DNA from: a virus
IMG/VR virus record: IMGVR_UViG_3300027644_000004
Coordinates: 28,256-92,255 of that record
DNA length: 64,000 nt
Strand: one strand, 5' to 3'
The notes below the pieces were generated by a model that saw nothing but the letters and a program-made list of their open reading frames with translations, was not told the origin of the DNA and ran no database searches. The position numbers were made by a program, and so were the translations under genes. Below are positions 26,447-37,152 of this stretch, in pieces. Position 1 is the stretch's first letter. Every line of letters starts with the position of its first letter.

Positions 26447-29026
26447 CTATTGTAATTTTATGGTAAAACCGGTTCCACTTATGGTTAGACCGGTTCCACT
26501 GATGGTAAATGATCCCAATGGCCCAGTGATGTTGTTATATATTATTCTACGGGTGCCACCCATCAAGCTGTTTAGATCAGTCCAATCCGAACTTGTTGCA
26601 GTGGCAGGATCCGGTCCTTGGTAAAAAGTACTGTCCGATTGCACTGTTAAACTTTGCAGCCAGGTTCTTACATTTTGCCAAGTCCAAGATCTGTTGGTCT
26701 CTAACGCTGTGGCTATCAATCCTGTTGCAGTGGGACAAGCTGAACTGGTCCCACCAAATCCAACGTCATAAAATGTTGTTGTGTTATCGCCTATATTGGC
26801 ATTCACTCCAATCTGTATATCAATCTGATTGGCGGCATTTTCATAAAACGTAGCTTCCCACACCATGTTAGGATCGCCCAACGTTCCACTGGTACGGTTG
26901 GTGCCTTCCCATCGCACTCGATAAGTTCTGTTTGGGGCAGATCCTACTACGCCGTAATAAATTCTCTGTGCTGAATTATCTCTGGCGCTGATCATTATTT
27001 TTGGCAGTGCAGGATTAGACGGATCCAAATCGCCATATGCCTCAGATCCTCCGCCAAATGTTAAGTAACTGTTGGTTCCTACATAAACTGAGTTATAGCT
27101 AGTGCCATTATAGGTGACATTGAAAGGTAGAGACAAAGTCCAGTAACCATCGTCGTTGTTTCCTTGAGTGGGACTAGTTGATGCTGTTAGTCCGGCTCCG
27201 CCAAACAACGAACTGGCAATGCTGATCACGGTTGCAGTTCCTGTACTGGTAGTTATTCGATTTCCTGTGTCAGGCATCACACTAAATGTTCCAGTGGTTG
27301 ACAATAACGCAGAAGCAGAACAAATTCCGCTGAATCCAATATCAACTGGCCCATCGCTATACGTGTCATATCGAGGATATAGAGTCCCGTATACGGTACT
27401 TGTACCTAAATTCGGGCTTAACGTTTGATCACCCGGAGCATAGCAATCAATTTGATCGCCCATGTCGCTATAATTGACTTTTTGTTCTAGGCCGCCATAG
27501 CCGCCTAGAAAACCGTCATCCAGTGCGCCAATGTTGATAGCAGGATATACAATATTGCCACCGTCGGAGTATTTTCCTATCTGTTGAGGGAAACCTCTAC
27601 GACTGGTGGTGTTGTAACAGGTTGATCCAAATTCATTGTGGCCTGTCTGAGACAATGGCACCGGCGGCTGGTCATAAAGAGAGCTGGACCAATAGTTGTT
27701 AAAATTGGGGTGAGAGGAACCTACCTGTTGCTGATTGCTGTTGCCTGCAGCCACAACAAAGATAACTCCACTGGCTATCAGTTCATCACCGGCCTCAGTT
27801 AAGGTGTTAGGAATCATTTCGCCTTTGAAGCGGCCGGCGTCGCCAGCACTGCCAAGACTTGCCATAAACGCAGGTTTGACGTCGTACGGCACTGCACCAG
27901 AGCCTGAAGTACCTTGCCTAAAATAATAATATCCGGAGTCACCTTGTGCAGCACGCCAGCCGAAACTGTTGCTGGAGATGGTGGGATCTCGTGTGCCATA
28001 CAACGGATTGATAGGTTTGTTGAGATGAAATATTTTCATCACATCAAAATACAAGTCAACATTCAACCCAAATCCATTGTTTCCGTAAGCATCAATGAAC
28101 CATTTATTAGCGTTGTAGGCCCAGCCAAGTGTTCTACCGTATGCTTGCCCACAGCAGGGTGTACCATGTTGGCCATCGACACTGACACTTACATCTGTTC
28201 CATTGCAGTTGCCTCTGTTGTAGCTGACCGGAACTGCTACTGTGCCTGCGGTACTAAACTGGCTGCTACGGGCAGAAGCATTTCCCCACCACTGTTTGGC
28301 CACGCTTTCTATCGGAACAGTGGTTCCATCCCAGCGTGTGGTTAATCTAGCACCGGGATTGGCATTGAACCAGTCAGGGTCTATGTAATAGGGTCCTTCT
28401 AAAACCACATCCAGCAACATGCAAGTACCATTGCCAGGCAGTTTGTTACCACCTACAAAATCATTTGGCAGTGCTATAGCGCCTGAGGGATTGCTTTGGA
28501 ATTCCACGTGGCCAAACCAACAACCGTCATCGCCAACAATGACATCTATGTTTTTGCCTGTGTTGGTGTTGGGGATTGCACTGTTTAAAGGAGTATTAGC
28601 AAATTGGTCATCCCAAGGATCATCATACTGAGCGCATCGATATAACTGGTAGCCAGCACGATTTATTTCAGCACTGGTTGGACTGGATGTAGGAACATCG
28701 CTGAGAGTTCTATAATTTTTTACTGTGGCGTTGTATCTATAAGGATTGCAATGCAGTTCATCTGGCTGTGGAGGATACAAGTCTGGATATTGCGATTTAT
28801 CTAAGTCTACAAATTTGACATCCGGATGCCCACTGATTTGTTTGGCTTCTTCGTCGGTCATTAGATACACAGCTCTAGTTGCACTGTGTTCTTTTAAATC
28901 TGTACACTCTATAGGTCTTGTGGGAATGTTGTCGTCAAGGCTGCCATCTTGGGTCAGCACACTGTGTACATGGTCCCAGGCTGCTGGAGTGGCTACGCCA
29001 ACTGTGTAATATTTTTGTTCACTCAT
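26447..29026 (-). CDS. subtilisin-like S8 serine protease with prodomain and beta-rich (NIDO-like) insertion
   Basis: DVIVGDDG (Asp), HGTPC (His), AAGN (oxyanion), GTSSACP (Ser); TAAGTA 7 nt upstream. Confidence 0.85.
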   Translation of the reverse strand: MSEQKYYTVGVATPAAWDHVHSVLTQDGSLDDNIPTRPIECTDLKEHSATRAVYLMTDEEAKQISGHPDVKFVDLDKSQYPDLYPPQPDELHCNPYRYNATVKNYRTLSDVPTSSPTSAEINRAGYQLYRCAQYDDPWDDQFANTPLNSAIPNTNTGKNIDVIVGDDGCWFGHVEFQSNPSGAIALPNDFVGGNKLPGNGTCMLLDVVLEGPYYIDPDWFNANPGARLTTRWDGTTVPIESVAKQWWGNASARSSQFSTAGTVAVPVSYNRGNCNGTDVSVSVDGQHGTPCCGQAYGRTLGWAYNANKWFIDAYGNNGFGLNVDLYFDVMKIFHLNKPINPLYGTRDPTISSNSFGWRAAQGDSGYYYFRQGTSGSGAVPYDVKPAFMASLGSAGDAGRFKGEMIPNTLTEAGDELIASGVIFVVAAGNSNQQQVGSSHPNFNNYWSSSLYDQPPVPLSQTGHNEFGSTCYNTTSRRGFPQQIGKYSDGGNIVYPAINIGALDDGFLGGYGGLEQKVNYSDMGDQIDCYAPGDQTLSPNLGTSTVYGTLYPRYDTYSDGPVDIGFSGICSASALLSTTGTFSVMPDTGNRITTSTGTATVISIASSLFGGAGLTASTSPTQGNNDDGYWTLSLPFNVTYNGTSYNSVYVGTNSYLTFGGGSEAYGDLDPSNPALPKIMISARDNSAQRIYYGVVGSAPNRTYRVRWEGTNRTSGTLGDPNMVWEATFYENAANQIDIQIGVNANIGDNTTTFYDVGFGGTSSACPTATGLIATALETNRSWTWQNVRTWLQSLTVQSDSTFYQGPDPATATSSDWTDLNSLMGGTRRIIYNNITGPLGSFTISGTGLTISGTGFTIKLQ

Positions 29027-29063
29027 GGTTAATTACTTATACGTATTACAGGCCCTGGGTTGA

Positions 29064-29162
29064 TCAAACTCCAAACCGTCCTTTGAGACCATAGTAGTTC
29101 TGCTGTAGCTGTTCCAGGGAGAGTTTGGCGGTATAAAAGAACATGTTGGCCATTGATCCATT
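29064..29162 (-). pseudogene. relic C-terminus of a LamG/ConA-like fibre domain
   Basis: [32 protein letters not shown] begins at the fibre stop codon in another frame. Confidence 0.55.
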
Positions 29163-32124
29163 AACTTATCTGCGCCCAACCGTAACGCACAGTGACATTA
29201 CCGCCGCTGGTGTTGTTTATGCCAAAGTCAAATCTATTGGTAGTTGCACTGGGAGACACATTGCTACGGAGTATGGCGTTTGCTGTACCTACGAACTGAT
29301 TGGGTATGCTGGTAAAGTCAATGGGTGTGCCACCGCCGTTGTAGACCCAGGCATACTGAACACCCAACACAGGCACATTGGTATTGGTAACAGTAGCCGT
29401 GGCATTCCAAGTCAAGATACCATTGGGGATATTGCAATCCACCCACATGCTATATGTACCGCTATTCACAGTGAAACTCTGGGTGCTGGTACCTACGGGC
29501 ACAGTCCAGGCGCTTTCAAATGTTGTAGCAACATTGGATAATGTTGCGCCATTACCAACAAAACTGTTGGCTGTTACATTGCCCGTGGCACTGATGTTGC
29601 CAGGAGCAGTCAAGTTACCACTTGTGCTAAAGGTCCAGGTTTGGTCGGTATTGGCTGAATCAGTTATGATACTGAAATTAGCGGCTGAAGTAACGCTGAA
29701 GAAATCATTTAGACTTGGTGCCGCACTTGAATCACCGGAGAAGTTGATGTTGCCAGGAATAGATAAATTACCGGAGGCATCAAAGTCCCAAAGATTAGGA
29801 CCAGGGCTACTATTGGGCCCTACTGCTATTCTAACATTGCCGGATCCTGGCACAGGGTTAGCATATACTGCCGCTATGTTGCTGGTGGCATTTGCAAGAT
29901 CTTCCACCCAGAGACTTGATAAACCACCGTTGGCTCCAGTAGATAGTGTGATCAAGTTATGATCACTAGATCCTATAACAGCCGAGTTGCCAAGATCAGC
30001 ATGATCTGGGATTATAACCAAATTGCCTGTGGGGAATGTTAAATTACCACCAGTCTCAAAGGTCCATTGTGCTGAGTTGCCGGTGTCATCATCACTGCCG
30101 ATCACAACATTGCCGGCGGCTTCTAATTTTACATACTTGATATCGGAGCCAAAGTATTGATCAAAATAAGCGTTGTTGCCTGTGTCAAGGTGTATGTGTG
30201 TGGCAACATCGCCACCACGCACTCGAATATATTGTAAATTGCCCACGCTTTCAGTGCCCGGAGCCAGGTACAGGCCACTGCTGCCAACTTGATCACCAGT
30301 GCCTACAACAGCTTGGTTGTCAAAGGTCACATTGCCGGTATTGCTACTGCCGCCACTAAAGGTCACAGGGGAGCCGTTGGCATAATTGACACTAAATGTG
30401 TTAGCCGGCAGGGTCAAGTTGCCAGTTTCATCAAATTTCCAAAGCTTCACAGTCCCAACATTACCTGAATCAGATTGTGCTTGTAGTATCACCTTGGCAA
30501 GATTGTCGCCGGCTCTGTTAACAGCAACAGCCGCATACTGAGATGCCGCATTAGGATTTACAGTCCACGCTAGTGCCGCAGAACCAGTATTACCTTGTCC
30601 TTGAATGCTGAATAACTTTCCACTGTCTGCAATGATTTTAGGATACTGAATATTTCCGTTATAATCAATTGATACACCAATAGGCAATGTTAAACTACCA
30701 TCTGTGCCAAATGTCCAGTCAGACTGAATAAAGTTGTTGTTGGATTGGTTGGCTTGTTCATTGTATCGGGTGATAACAAATGTGCCGCCGGTGCCTCCAG
30801 ACACAGTAATAACATCACCATCAACATATCCTGTGCCCGGATCTACTACATCGGCATTTGTTAATTGGTTACTCAATCCATAGCCTATGCCCACAGTCAT
30901 TCCTGTGCCCGAACCACCAGTGGTTGCCTTCAACGCACTTCCAGTATCATATCCACTGCCGCCAGTGAGTATATTACAAATATTAAATTGTCCGCCAGCT
31001 GTTAAGGTCAACCCTTCTAGATTGATCAATCTGCCAGTTGTGCCAAAGGTCCATGTATTACTACCGGCCACAACATTTATGTTGCCACTGTTGTTCAGCG
31101 TGGGTGAATTGAGGTTGCCAGCTGTGATGTTGCCCAAGGCACTGACCAATCCAGTAGTAGTAATGTTGCCGCCTGCAATGTTGCCAGAGGATGGTTGAAC
31201 TGTGGCATAGTTTACATATTTTACATTGCCATCATAGGTCATTATACTCATATTACCGTTGGAGGTGATATCTTGTGTAACTATTGCAACTGGACCGGTT
31301 GCACCTTGTGGACCGGTTGCTCCGGTTGCTCCATTGGTGCCATTTGGTCCAGTTGCTCCTTGTGGCCCGGTTGCCCCATCAATGCCATTTGGTCCGGTTG
31401 CACCTACGGGTCCGGTTGCTCCATTGGTGCCATTTGGTCCGGTTGCTCCGGTAGGTCCAGTGGCCCCGTTAATGCCATTTGGTCCGGTTGCTCCTACAGG
31501 TCCAGTTGCCCCGGCTGGTGCGCCTGTTAGTCGGCTGCCATCACCTAGGAAGTACTGGGCTGTGACGTTGCCCACAGCACTGACACCAATATTTGTTGTC
31601 CAAACATTGCCGGTGCTGTTGTACAGTAATGTGGCTATATTATCACTAGCACCCACTGTGACACCTGATCCGTTGGCAGCACTGGCTGTGGCTGCTGTGT
31701 TGGCCAATTGCAAGGTTCTAGCATCGGTCACCAGGTTACCAATCTGCACAGTGTTGCCGGTCACTGTTAGGTTACCACCCACTGTTAGATCGCCGGCTAC
31801 AGTGGTACTGTTGGTGACATTTAAGTACTGTGTGTAAACAGTGCTCCAACGAGCAGAACTACTGCCCAAATTTCTCACATTTGCTCGGTTGGGCACAACA
31901 TCAACGTTGGCCACCACTCGCCCGGTACCGTTGGGTGCCAGCACCAAGTTTCCATTGGTATTCTGTGTAAGGATGGTGTTGTTGGCAATCTGGACATTGG
32001 AACCTACTGGGCCAGCAGTGTAGATTTCCGTGAAGTTGTTGTTGGTTTCGGTAAACGCAGTGCGTAACGGGTCACCAGAGCCATCGTTGGCTGCCGCGCC
32101 TGTGTTGATAATTTGTTGAGACAT
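29161..32124 (-). CDS. long fibre/baseplate-attached protein with collagen-like block
   Basis: N-terminal [15 protein letters not shown] (T4 gp9/gp10-like), GATGP collagen block, repeated W.F...G.L.LP units; TAAATA at 32151-32156 on the minus strand. Confidence 0.85.
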   Translation of the reverse strand: MSQQIINTGAAANDGSGDPLRTAFTETNNNFTEIYTAGPVGSNVQIANNTILTQNTNGNLVLAPNGTGRVVANVDVVPNRANVRNLGSSSARWSTVYTQYLNVTNSTTVAGDLTVGGNLTVTGNTVQIGNLVTDARTLQLANTAATASAANGSGVTVGASDNIATLLYNSTGNVWTTNIGVSAVGNVTAQYFLGDGSRLTGAPAGATGPVGATGPNGINGATGPTGATGPNGTNGATGPVGATGPNGIDGATGPQGATGPNGTNGATGATGPQGATGPVAIVTQDITSNGNMSIMTYDGNVKYVNYATVQPSSGNIAGGNITTTGLVSALGNITAGNLNSPTLNNSGNINVVAGSNTWTFGTTGRLINLEGLTLTAGGQFNICNILTGGSGYDTGSALKATTGGSGTGMTVGIGYGLSNQLTNADVVDPGTGYVDGDVITVSGGTGGTFVITRYNEQANQSNNNFIQSDWTFGTDGSLTLPIGVSIDYNGNIQYPKIIADSGKLFSIQGQGNTGSAALAWTVNPNAASQYAAVAVNRAGDNLAKVILQAQSDSGNVGTVKLWKFDETGNLTLPANTFSVNYANGSPVTFSGGSSNTGNVTFDNQAVVGTGDQVGSSGLYLAPGTESVGNLQYIRVRGGDVATHIHLDTGNNAYFDQYFGSDIKYVKLEAAGNVVIGSDDDTGNSAQWTFETGGNLTFPTGNLVIIPDHADLGNSAVIGSSDHNLITLSTGANGGLSSLWVEDLANATSNIAAVYANPVPGSGNVRIAVGPNSSPGPNLWDFDASGNLSIPGNINFSGDSSAAPSLNDFFSVTSAANFSIITDSANTDQTWTFSTSGNLTAPGNISATGNVTANSFVGNGATLSNVATTFESAWTVPVGTSTQSFTVNSGTYSMWVDCNIPNGILTWNATATVTNTNVPVLGVQYAWVYNGGGTPIDFTSIPNQFVGTANAILRSNVSPSATTNRFDFGINNTSGGNVTVRYGWAQIS

Positions 32125-32181
32125 TTGGGATCCTTGTTAGCCTTTTCTATTATTTATGGCAACATTGTCGTTCAAAACCAC

Positions 32182-32210
32182 TTGCAGACAGCGCAACAAT
32201 AGCATATAAT
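32182..32210 (+). promoter_or_regulatory. sigma70 promoter
   Basis: TTGCAG-N17-TATAAT, followed by leader hairpin GCTGTA-GGG-TACAGC. Confidence 0.6.
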
Positions 32211-32267
32211 AGATACATGCTGTAGGGTACAGCTAATGTTTATATTACTTAAGAAAGGTAACATTTT

Positions 32268-32534
32268 ATGCGTTTTAATACTGAAACCAAAACTTACAAA
32301 CTGTTCTCTGCTCTTCACTCCGGTGAAACAGTGACTGCCAGCCAAGCTGCCAAGCGTTTTGGCATCAAAAACATCTCTGCAGATGTTAGCCGTATTCGTC
32401 AAGCAGGCTTTGCTGTTTACGCCAACACTCGTGTTGCTGGCAACGGTGTCAAAGTTACAGAGTACGCAATTGGCAAGCCAAGCCGCAAGTTGATTGCTGC
32501 CGGCTACAAGGCCATGGCATTGGGTCTCGCCTAA
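32268..32534 (+). CDS. winged-helix DNA-binding protein
   Basis: L..G..VT..QA..RFGI.N.SA.VS.IR..G..VY; own promoter and terminator. Confidence 0.7.
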   Translation: MRFNTETKTYKLFSALHSGETVTASQAAKRFGIKNISADVSRIRQAGFAVYANTRVAGNGVKVTEYAIGKPSRKLIAAGYKAMALGLA

Positions 32535-32569
32535 TAGACCTCGCTGGCCTATTCACACAGGCCACATAG

Positions 32570-32599
32570 AAAAAAACCACTCGCCCTGGGTGGTTTTTT
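32570..32599 (+). terminator. intrinsic terminator
   Basis: AAAAAACCAC-TCGCCCTGG-GTGGTTTTTT. Confidence 0.8.
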
Positions 32600-32600
32600 C

Positions 32601-32629
32601 TTGACTTTTTATTTGTGTTACAGTATAAT
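32601..32629 (+). promoter_or_regulatory. sigma70 promoter
   Basis: TTGACT-N17-TATAAT. Confidence 0.8.
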
Positions 32630-32650
32630 TGTAGGGCAAAGGAGTAGCCA

Positions 32651-33103
32651 ATGCTATTAAAACTGTTAGACCGTCTGGGCCGCAAGCGCATTGTGATGGA
32701 CCGGTTCGAAAATGAACCCTATCTGGAACGCTACTATGTGTTCCTTCGAGAGCGCAAACGATTCCCATTCAACATATTTCTGCACAAATTTTTGAAATCA
32801 GATCCAGACGATGTGCATGATCATCCTTGGCCGTTCCTTACTGTGATTCTTAAAGGTGGCTACTATGAGTGGACACCGCAGTTCAACAGTGCGGGTCAAA
32901 AGGTTGGTGAAATTGCTCGCTGGTGCGGCCCCGGAAGTGTTCGTTGGGCTAGAGCTGAGCAGTACCACCGAGTAGAACTGGATCCAGAAGTTACTTGTTG
33001 GACTTTGTTCATGCCAGGTCCCAAACAGCGAGATTGGGGATTTTTGGTTCGCAATCAATGGATACAATGGGAAGAATATTTGAAACAAAGGAAGTCGGTA
33101 TGA
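32651..33103 (+). CDS. cupin-fold protein
   Basis: LHKF..SD...HDHPW...ILKGGY.E...HRVEL...WTLF..G...WGF. Confidence 0.8.
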   Translation: MLLKLLDRLGRKRIVMDRFENEPYLERYYVFLRERKRFPFNIFLHKFLKSDPDDVHDHPWPFLTVILKGGYYEWTPQFNSAGQKVGEIARWCGPGSVRWARAEQYHRVELDPEVTCWTLFMPGPKQRDWGFLVRNQWIQWEEYLKQRKSV

Positions 33104-33429
33104 AATGGTTTAAACGATGGTTTGCTCGCAAAGTTACCGAAGCAATAGCATATGATCAGGACGATCACTTTGACACAGTGCCTACACCCAAAATGAGTTC
33201 GCGACGCGGCCTACTGAATACAGTATCCCGTTCCAATGACATTGATTCCGACGAAGGTCTCAATATCACAGTGCGTTCGGCCATTGGTGGTAGAATTGTA
33301 ACCTTTCGTCGCTATGACCATCGCAATGATACCAGCCACCACAAGCTGTACGTGATCCACGATGAATTGGATTTCGACAAGGAACTGGGCAAAATCATCA
33401 CTTTGGAAACCATGTGCCAACGTGCTTGA
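33100..33429 (+). CDS. hypothetical protein
   Basis: ATGA overlap with upstream gene; A.GGRIV.F..YD...LYVI...F..ELGKIITLE. Confidence 0.75.
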   Translation: MKWFKRWFARKVTEAIAYDQDDHFDTVPTPKMSSRRGLLNTVSRSNDIDSDEGLNITVRSAIGGRIVTFRRYDHRNDTSHHKLYVIHDELDFDKELGKIITLETMCQRA

Positions 33430-33454
33430 CATTAAATAACATTTACTGTATAAT
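33426..33454 (+). promoter_or_regulatory. sigma70 promoter for tRNA
   Basis: TTGACA-N17-TATAAT. Confidence 0.85.
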
Positions 33455-33463
33455 AGCTATATC

Positions 33464-33541
<78 letters not shown>

Positions 33542-33560
33542 TTTTTTATGAGTGCAGAGT

Positions 33561-33905
33561 ATGAATGAGTTGGTTAATTTTCTAGTTACCTTTGTAGCAG
33601 TATGGTTCTTGTTGCGATTGATCTTTTCTTTTTTTGCCTGGCAGATAAAAAAACAGATTGTCCATATAGCCTACCAAATTGAATCGGAGTTTGTGTTGTT
33701 AGACATGGAACAGGACAGCGGGCAGTATTTTTGCTACAACCACAAGACCAAAAAATTTGTTTGCCAAGGTCGTACTCTTGAAGAAGTCAGTGACAACTTT
33801 CGTATTAGATATCCCGACAAGCGTGGATTGATCTTTCAAGAAAATGCCACTGAGTTGAGTGAGTTGGGTACTGCACAGAAAGTGCTGTTGGGGGAGACAA
33901 AATGA
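33561..33905 (+). CDS. membrane-anchored hypothetical protein
   Basis: N-terminal TM; FVCQG.TLEE...F..RYP. Confidence 0.7.
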   Translation: MNELVNFLVTFVAVWFLLRLIFSFFAWQIKKQIVHIAYQIESEFVLLDMEQDSGQYFCYNHKTKKFVCQGRTLEEVSDNFRIRYPDKRGLIFQENATELSELGTAQKVLLGETK

Positions 33906-33927
33906 AACAAGAGATGGAGGAGATAAA

Positions 33928-34137
33928 ATGAAGTTTGATAATATTAACCGTGCCAGCGCATGGGTTAAGTACAGCGGTGCCAGCGTGATTGTTGCGGTAA
34001 ACCCGCTACACTGGCGTTGGCGACCACAGGCTCGCCGTGAACAGAATGTGGAGTGGCCTAGCCCTAACGAGCGCACCTATATGGCGGCGTGGTTATTTTT
34101 AACTGTGCGAATTTGGATCGACAACGGAGATTGGTAA
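33928..34137 (+). CDS. hypothetical protein
   Basis: GGAGG SD; W..YSG...NPLHW...RIWID.G.W. Confidence 0.65.
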   Translation: MKFDNINRASAWVKYSGASVIVAVNPLHWRWRPQARREQNVEWPSPNERTYMAAWLFLTVRIWIDNGDW

Positions 34138-34853
34138 TGAAAATTTATATTGGTAAACCCCGCTATCACTGGATCAGTCCCTACACCATGTTGGACTATG
34201 TGTTCTTCTGGACCGACTGGTCAAAGTGCAGTCGTGACAAGAGCATTGAATCTGCGCTGGATTACAAGCGCAAGTATGTTGAGCATCCTGAATGGGTGGA
34301 AAAGTGGAGTACTCGACTTGAGCCCATTAGCCAGGGCATTATGTGGGTGTTGGATCGTGTGCATCCGAAGATTGACTATGTGAAGATTGACTACTGGGAT
34401 ACCTGGAGCATGGACCATACACTCAGTCCCATCATCCTGCCCATGCTGAAGCAACTGAAAGAAAAGAAGCACGGCTCGCCATCAGTAGACGACGAAGATG
34501 TGCCCGATCATCTTCGCAGTACTTCAGCACCGGCCAAAGAAAACGAATGGGACACAGACGAGAACTGGATCAAACGTTGGGACTGGGTCATGGGAGAAAT
34601 GATCTTTGCGTTTGAGTGCAAGGTAGATGATTCATGGGAAGAAGCATTCCGCGAAGGCGAAATTGATTGGATCACTGTTCCTGTGGACGTCCACGGCAAC
34701 GAAGTCGCCAAAGGCGAACACAGGTACTATCAAATGAAAGATGGCCCTAACCACACTTACAAATGCGACTATGAAGGCATGAAGGTGGTTGAGGCACGTA
34801 TTCAAAACGGATTCCGCTTGTTTGGCAAATACTACCAGGCCTTGTGGGACTGA
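34137..34853 (+). CDS. conserved phage hypothetical protein
   Basis: VKIDYWDTWSMDHTL..IILPMLKQLK..KHG.P.VDDEDVP...NGFRLFGKYY..LWD. Confidence 0.85.
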   Translation: MKIYIGKPRYHWISPYTMLDYVFFWTDWSKCSRDKSIESALDYKRKYVEHPEWVEKWSTRLEPISQGIMWVLDRVHPKIDYVKIDYWDTWSMDHTLSPIILPMLKQLKEKKHGSPSVDDEDVPDHLRSTSAPAKENEWDTDENWIKRWDWVMGEMIFAFECKVDDSWEEAFREGEIDWITVPVDVHGNEVAKGEHRYYQMKDGPNHTYKCDYEGMKVVEARIQNGFRLFGKYYQALWD

Positions 34854-35104
34854 TGAAAGATATAACATCAGGTTACAGTGTATTTTCTCCTGACAGCTGG
34901 CTGACTGAATCTGTTCTGCCACTCACCATATCACAGGACAAGTACGAAGAATGGAAAAAAACATACACGTTTAGGGCTATACAACATGATACTTCTTACG
35001 GCAAAGATTTTTGCAAGTATTTCAAAATAAACAATTTTATATTGAGGCACACTCTAGCACCAGACAGTGCTGACACATATATAAAAAAGCACTACATTGA
35101 ATAA
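34853..35104 (+). CDS. hypothetical protein
   Basis: Coupled to upstream stop; YG..FC.YF.I pattern. Confidence 0.6.
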   Translation: MKDITSGYSVFSPDSWLTESVLPLTISQDKYEEWKKTYTFRAIQHDTSYGKDFCKYFKINNFILRHTLAPDSADTYIKKHYIE

Positions 35105-35116
35105 TTAACCAAACAA

Positions 35117-35365
35117 ATGCCAGCGATTCTCAGCCCGACGCAAACTGCCAATTTGGAAAGAACCCCTGACAGTTTCAACTATTCAATTCAGATAACCCGA
35201 CCCTGGGGCTGTATTGATTCGGTAATTGTATGGGCCCAACAAGCACTGGTGGGAGAATGGCGTTGGCAACTGATTCGGGGCAGTTCCGATCAACTGCCCG
35301 GGCAATATCTGTTTTATTTTGATTCTGAATCTGATTACCTGGCATTTGTAATGAAATGTTCCTAG
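35117..35365 (+). CDS. hypothetical protein (F.F....D...F.LKW family)
   Basis: C-terminal YLFYFDSESDYLAFVMK. Confidence 0.65.
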   Translation: MPAILSPTQTANLERTPDSFNYSIQITRPWGCIDSVIVWAQQALVGEWRWQLIRGSSDQLPGQYLFYFDSESDYLAFVMKCS

Positions 35366-35366
35366 G

Positions 35367-35395
35367 TTGACACCAAATAGTGAATTTGCTACAAT
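35367..35395 (+). promoter_or_regulatory. sigma70 promoter, leaderless transcript
   Basis: TTGACA-N17-TACAAT, with ATG 6 nt downstream. Confidence 0.8.
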
Positions 35396-35401
35396 ACACA
35401 C

Positions 35402-35650
35402 ATGAACAAAAATTCAACCACTACCATCACTGGGCTGACTCTGTACCAAAAAGATCTACTGGATCACATGTGGTCGTTAAAGACTGAAGAAGAATTTGAT
35501 TCTTGGTACCACCTGCTGGACGATCATGATCGCCAACAAGCAGATCTCATGCAGTGGATGCTGATCTATGCGCATTATGATCGTGTGACTGATCTACGCC
35601 CAGCCCGCAAGATCATTAATCAAATCCGCAATCAATCAAAATCACAATGA
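35402..35650 (+). CDS. hypothetical protein
   Basis: Directly follows promoter; GLT..Q..LLD.MW pattern. Confidence 0.7.
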   Translation: MNKNSTTTITGLTLYQKDLLDHMWSLKTEEEFDSWYHLLDDHDRQQADLMQWMLIYAHYDRVTDLRPARKIINQIRNQSKSQ

Positions 35651-35973
35651 ATCATCAATTCGCCATCATGTGGGACTGCCACGGCCTGGAAGCGGTGCAA
35701 AAAGTCCCGGATCCGGCTGACAGAACCTTTGCTATACTGGCAAACAAACCCTTGCCGCAACTGCCTAATCTCAACCATTGGGAATTGCGAGCACGGTATA
35801 ATCCACAGCGCCATTATGAAATTTACATTGTGTCGGCCACCGACGGCATCACTGCGGATGATATTTGTGACATGTTCGAAGCCAGTCCGCAGACGGCCGC
35901 AGACACCATTCGTCGTCTTGGTACAGTTTTTTACAGTGACCGCGTTCAGGAAGATCGTGTGGTAATACGATAG
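35647..35973 (+). CDS. hypothetical protein
   Basis: MWDC.GLE...LRAR.N.QRHYEIY...F...PQ..AD.IR..G...YSDR. Confidence 0.75.
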   Translation: MNHQFAIMWDCHGLEAVQKVPDPADRTFAILANKPLPQLPNLNHWELRARYNPQRHYEIYIVSATDGITADDICDMFEASPQTAADTIRRLGTVFYSDRVQEDRVVIR

Positions 35974-35990
35974 TGTCGGATCTGTAAAGG

Positions 35991-36098
35991 TTGACAGCAT
36001 AGGGTATTTGCTATATAATACTCACAAGCGGGCCGAGTATGGTACTAGGCAGCTTACAATCCCGATGCATCGTGCATCATTGCTAAAAGGAAATCATC
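35991..36098 (+). promoter_or_regulatory. sigma70 promoter and structured leader of ParB-like operon
   Basis: TTGACA-N17-TATAAT; hairpins AAGC..GCC.AGTA-TGG-TACT.GGC.GCTT and CAAT..GATGCA-TCG-TGCATC-ATTG precede the SD. Confidence 0.7.
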
Positions 36099-37151
36099 AT
36101 GCCACAAAAGCGTCTCACACGCAAACTCACCGACGTTATTGCTGAAGTTGAAAACCAACTCAAAGCACACTACAACGTCACACAAAAAGAACTTGATGCT
36201 TGGCGAGCCCGAGCAAAAGCTCTATCACACAAATTCCCTGTCAGTTCAATGATTCAAATTGAGGATCTCTGGATTGACTACGAAGTTCAGCGTGATGTGT
36301 TGCACAAGCACATTATCAACATCATGAAAAAATGGGATCCGCGGATCTGTTCTCCCGGTTCCGCATGCCAGATGCATGGCAAACCTCCTATCTATCTGTA
36401 CGATGCCCAGCACCGTACCATTGCCGCAGGCATTTTGGGATTCACTGAAATTCCATGTGCTGTGGTCGAAACCGACGACCCTAACTTTGCAAGTTATGCA
36501 TTTGAAATGCTCAACGACACTGGTGTAAAACGTCTCACTCCGGGCGACCTGCACCGTAATGCGTTGGTGCGTTATAAAAATGGCAGTCGCGACAGCAAGG
36601 TAGTTCAAGCTAGAACAATGCAAGATCAATTTGATCGTGCCGGTATCGACCTACAAGACAAAGGCAGTCGTGCCAGTGACAACCTGCGTGGAGACAATGA
36701 CTATTTCTTCAGTCACTTTAAGTATGCACAAAAAGGCATCGAAGTAGACGAAAAGGGCAAGGTATTGCTGGATGTTTTAAACTCCATCAAAGATGCGTTT
36801 CCGCTACAAGAAGAAATCGATCAAGGTGTTTACATTGGCCTGCTGGAACTGCACAAGTTATCGCGAGCAGAGACCACTGCACTGCCGGCTGATTGGATGA
36901 AGACATTGTTGAATTCAGTGAAGAAAACTTTCAAAAGTTCCAGCTTGATCCATGCCAAAGCCAAGGTACAATGGGAACATGTGAACCCGGGTGGTACCTG
37001 GACTGCGCCCACTGCCATGAGCAATTTCATGCGTGAGTTATATATTCGCAATGGTGGTACTGCATTGAACTTGCCCTATCACGGCGAAGGCGCCAAAATG
37101 GGCATCACTGATGGCAATGTTGCTCCAGGTTTATTTCCTGAGGAGAATTAA
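36099..37151 (+). CDS. ParB/Srx-fold protein (DUF6551/DGQHR-like)
   Basis: LWIDYEVQRD, YDAQHR, IPC.VV, AF..LN..G.KRLTP.DLHR. Confidence 0.7.
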   Translation: MPQKRLTRKLTDVIAEVENQLKAHYNVTQKELDAWRARAKALSHKFPVSSMIQIEDLWIDYEVQRDVLHKHIINIMKKWDPRICSPGSACQMHGKPPIYLYDAQHRTIAAGILGFTEIPCAVVETDDPNFASYAFEMLNDTGVKRLTPGDLHRNALVRYKNGSRDSKVVQARTMQDQFDRAGIDLQDKGSRASDNLRGDNDYFFSHFKYAQKGIEVDEKGKVLLDVLNSIKDAFPLQEEIDQGVYIGLLELHKLSRAETTALPADWMKTLLNSVKKTFKSSSLIHAKAKVQWEHVNPGGTWTAPTAMSNFMRELYIRNGGTALNLPYHGEGAKMGITDGNVAPGLFPEEN

Positions 37152-37152
37152 A

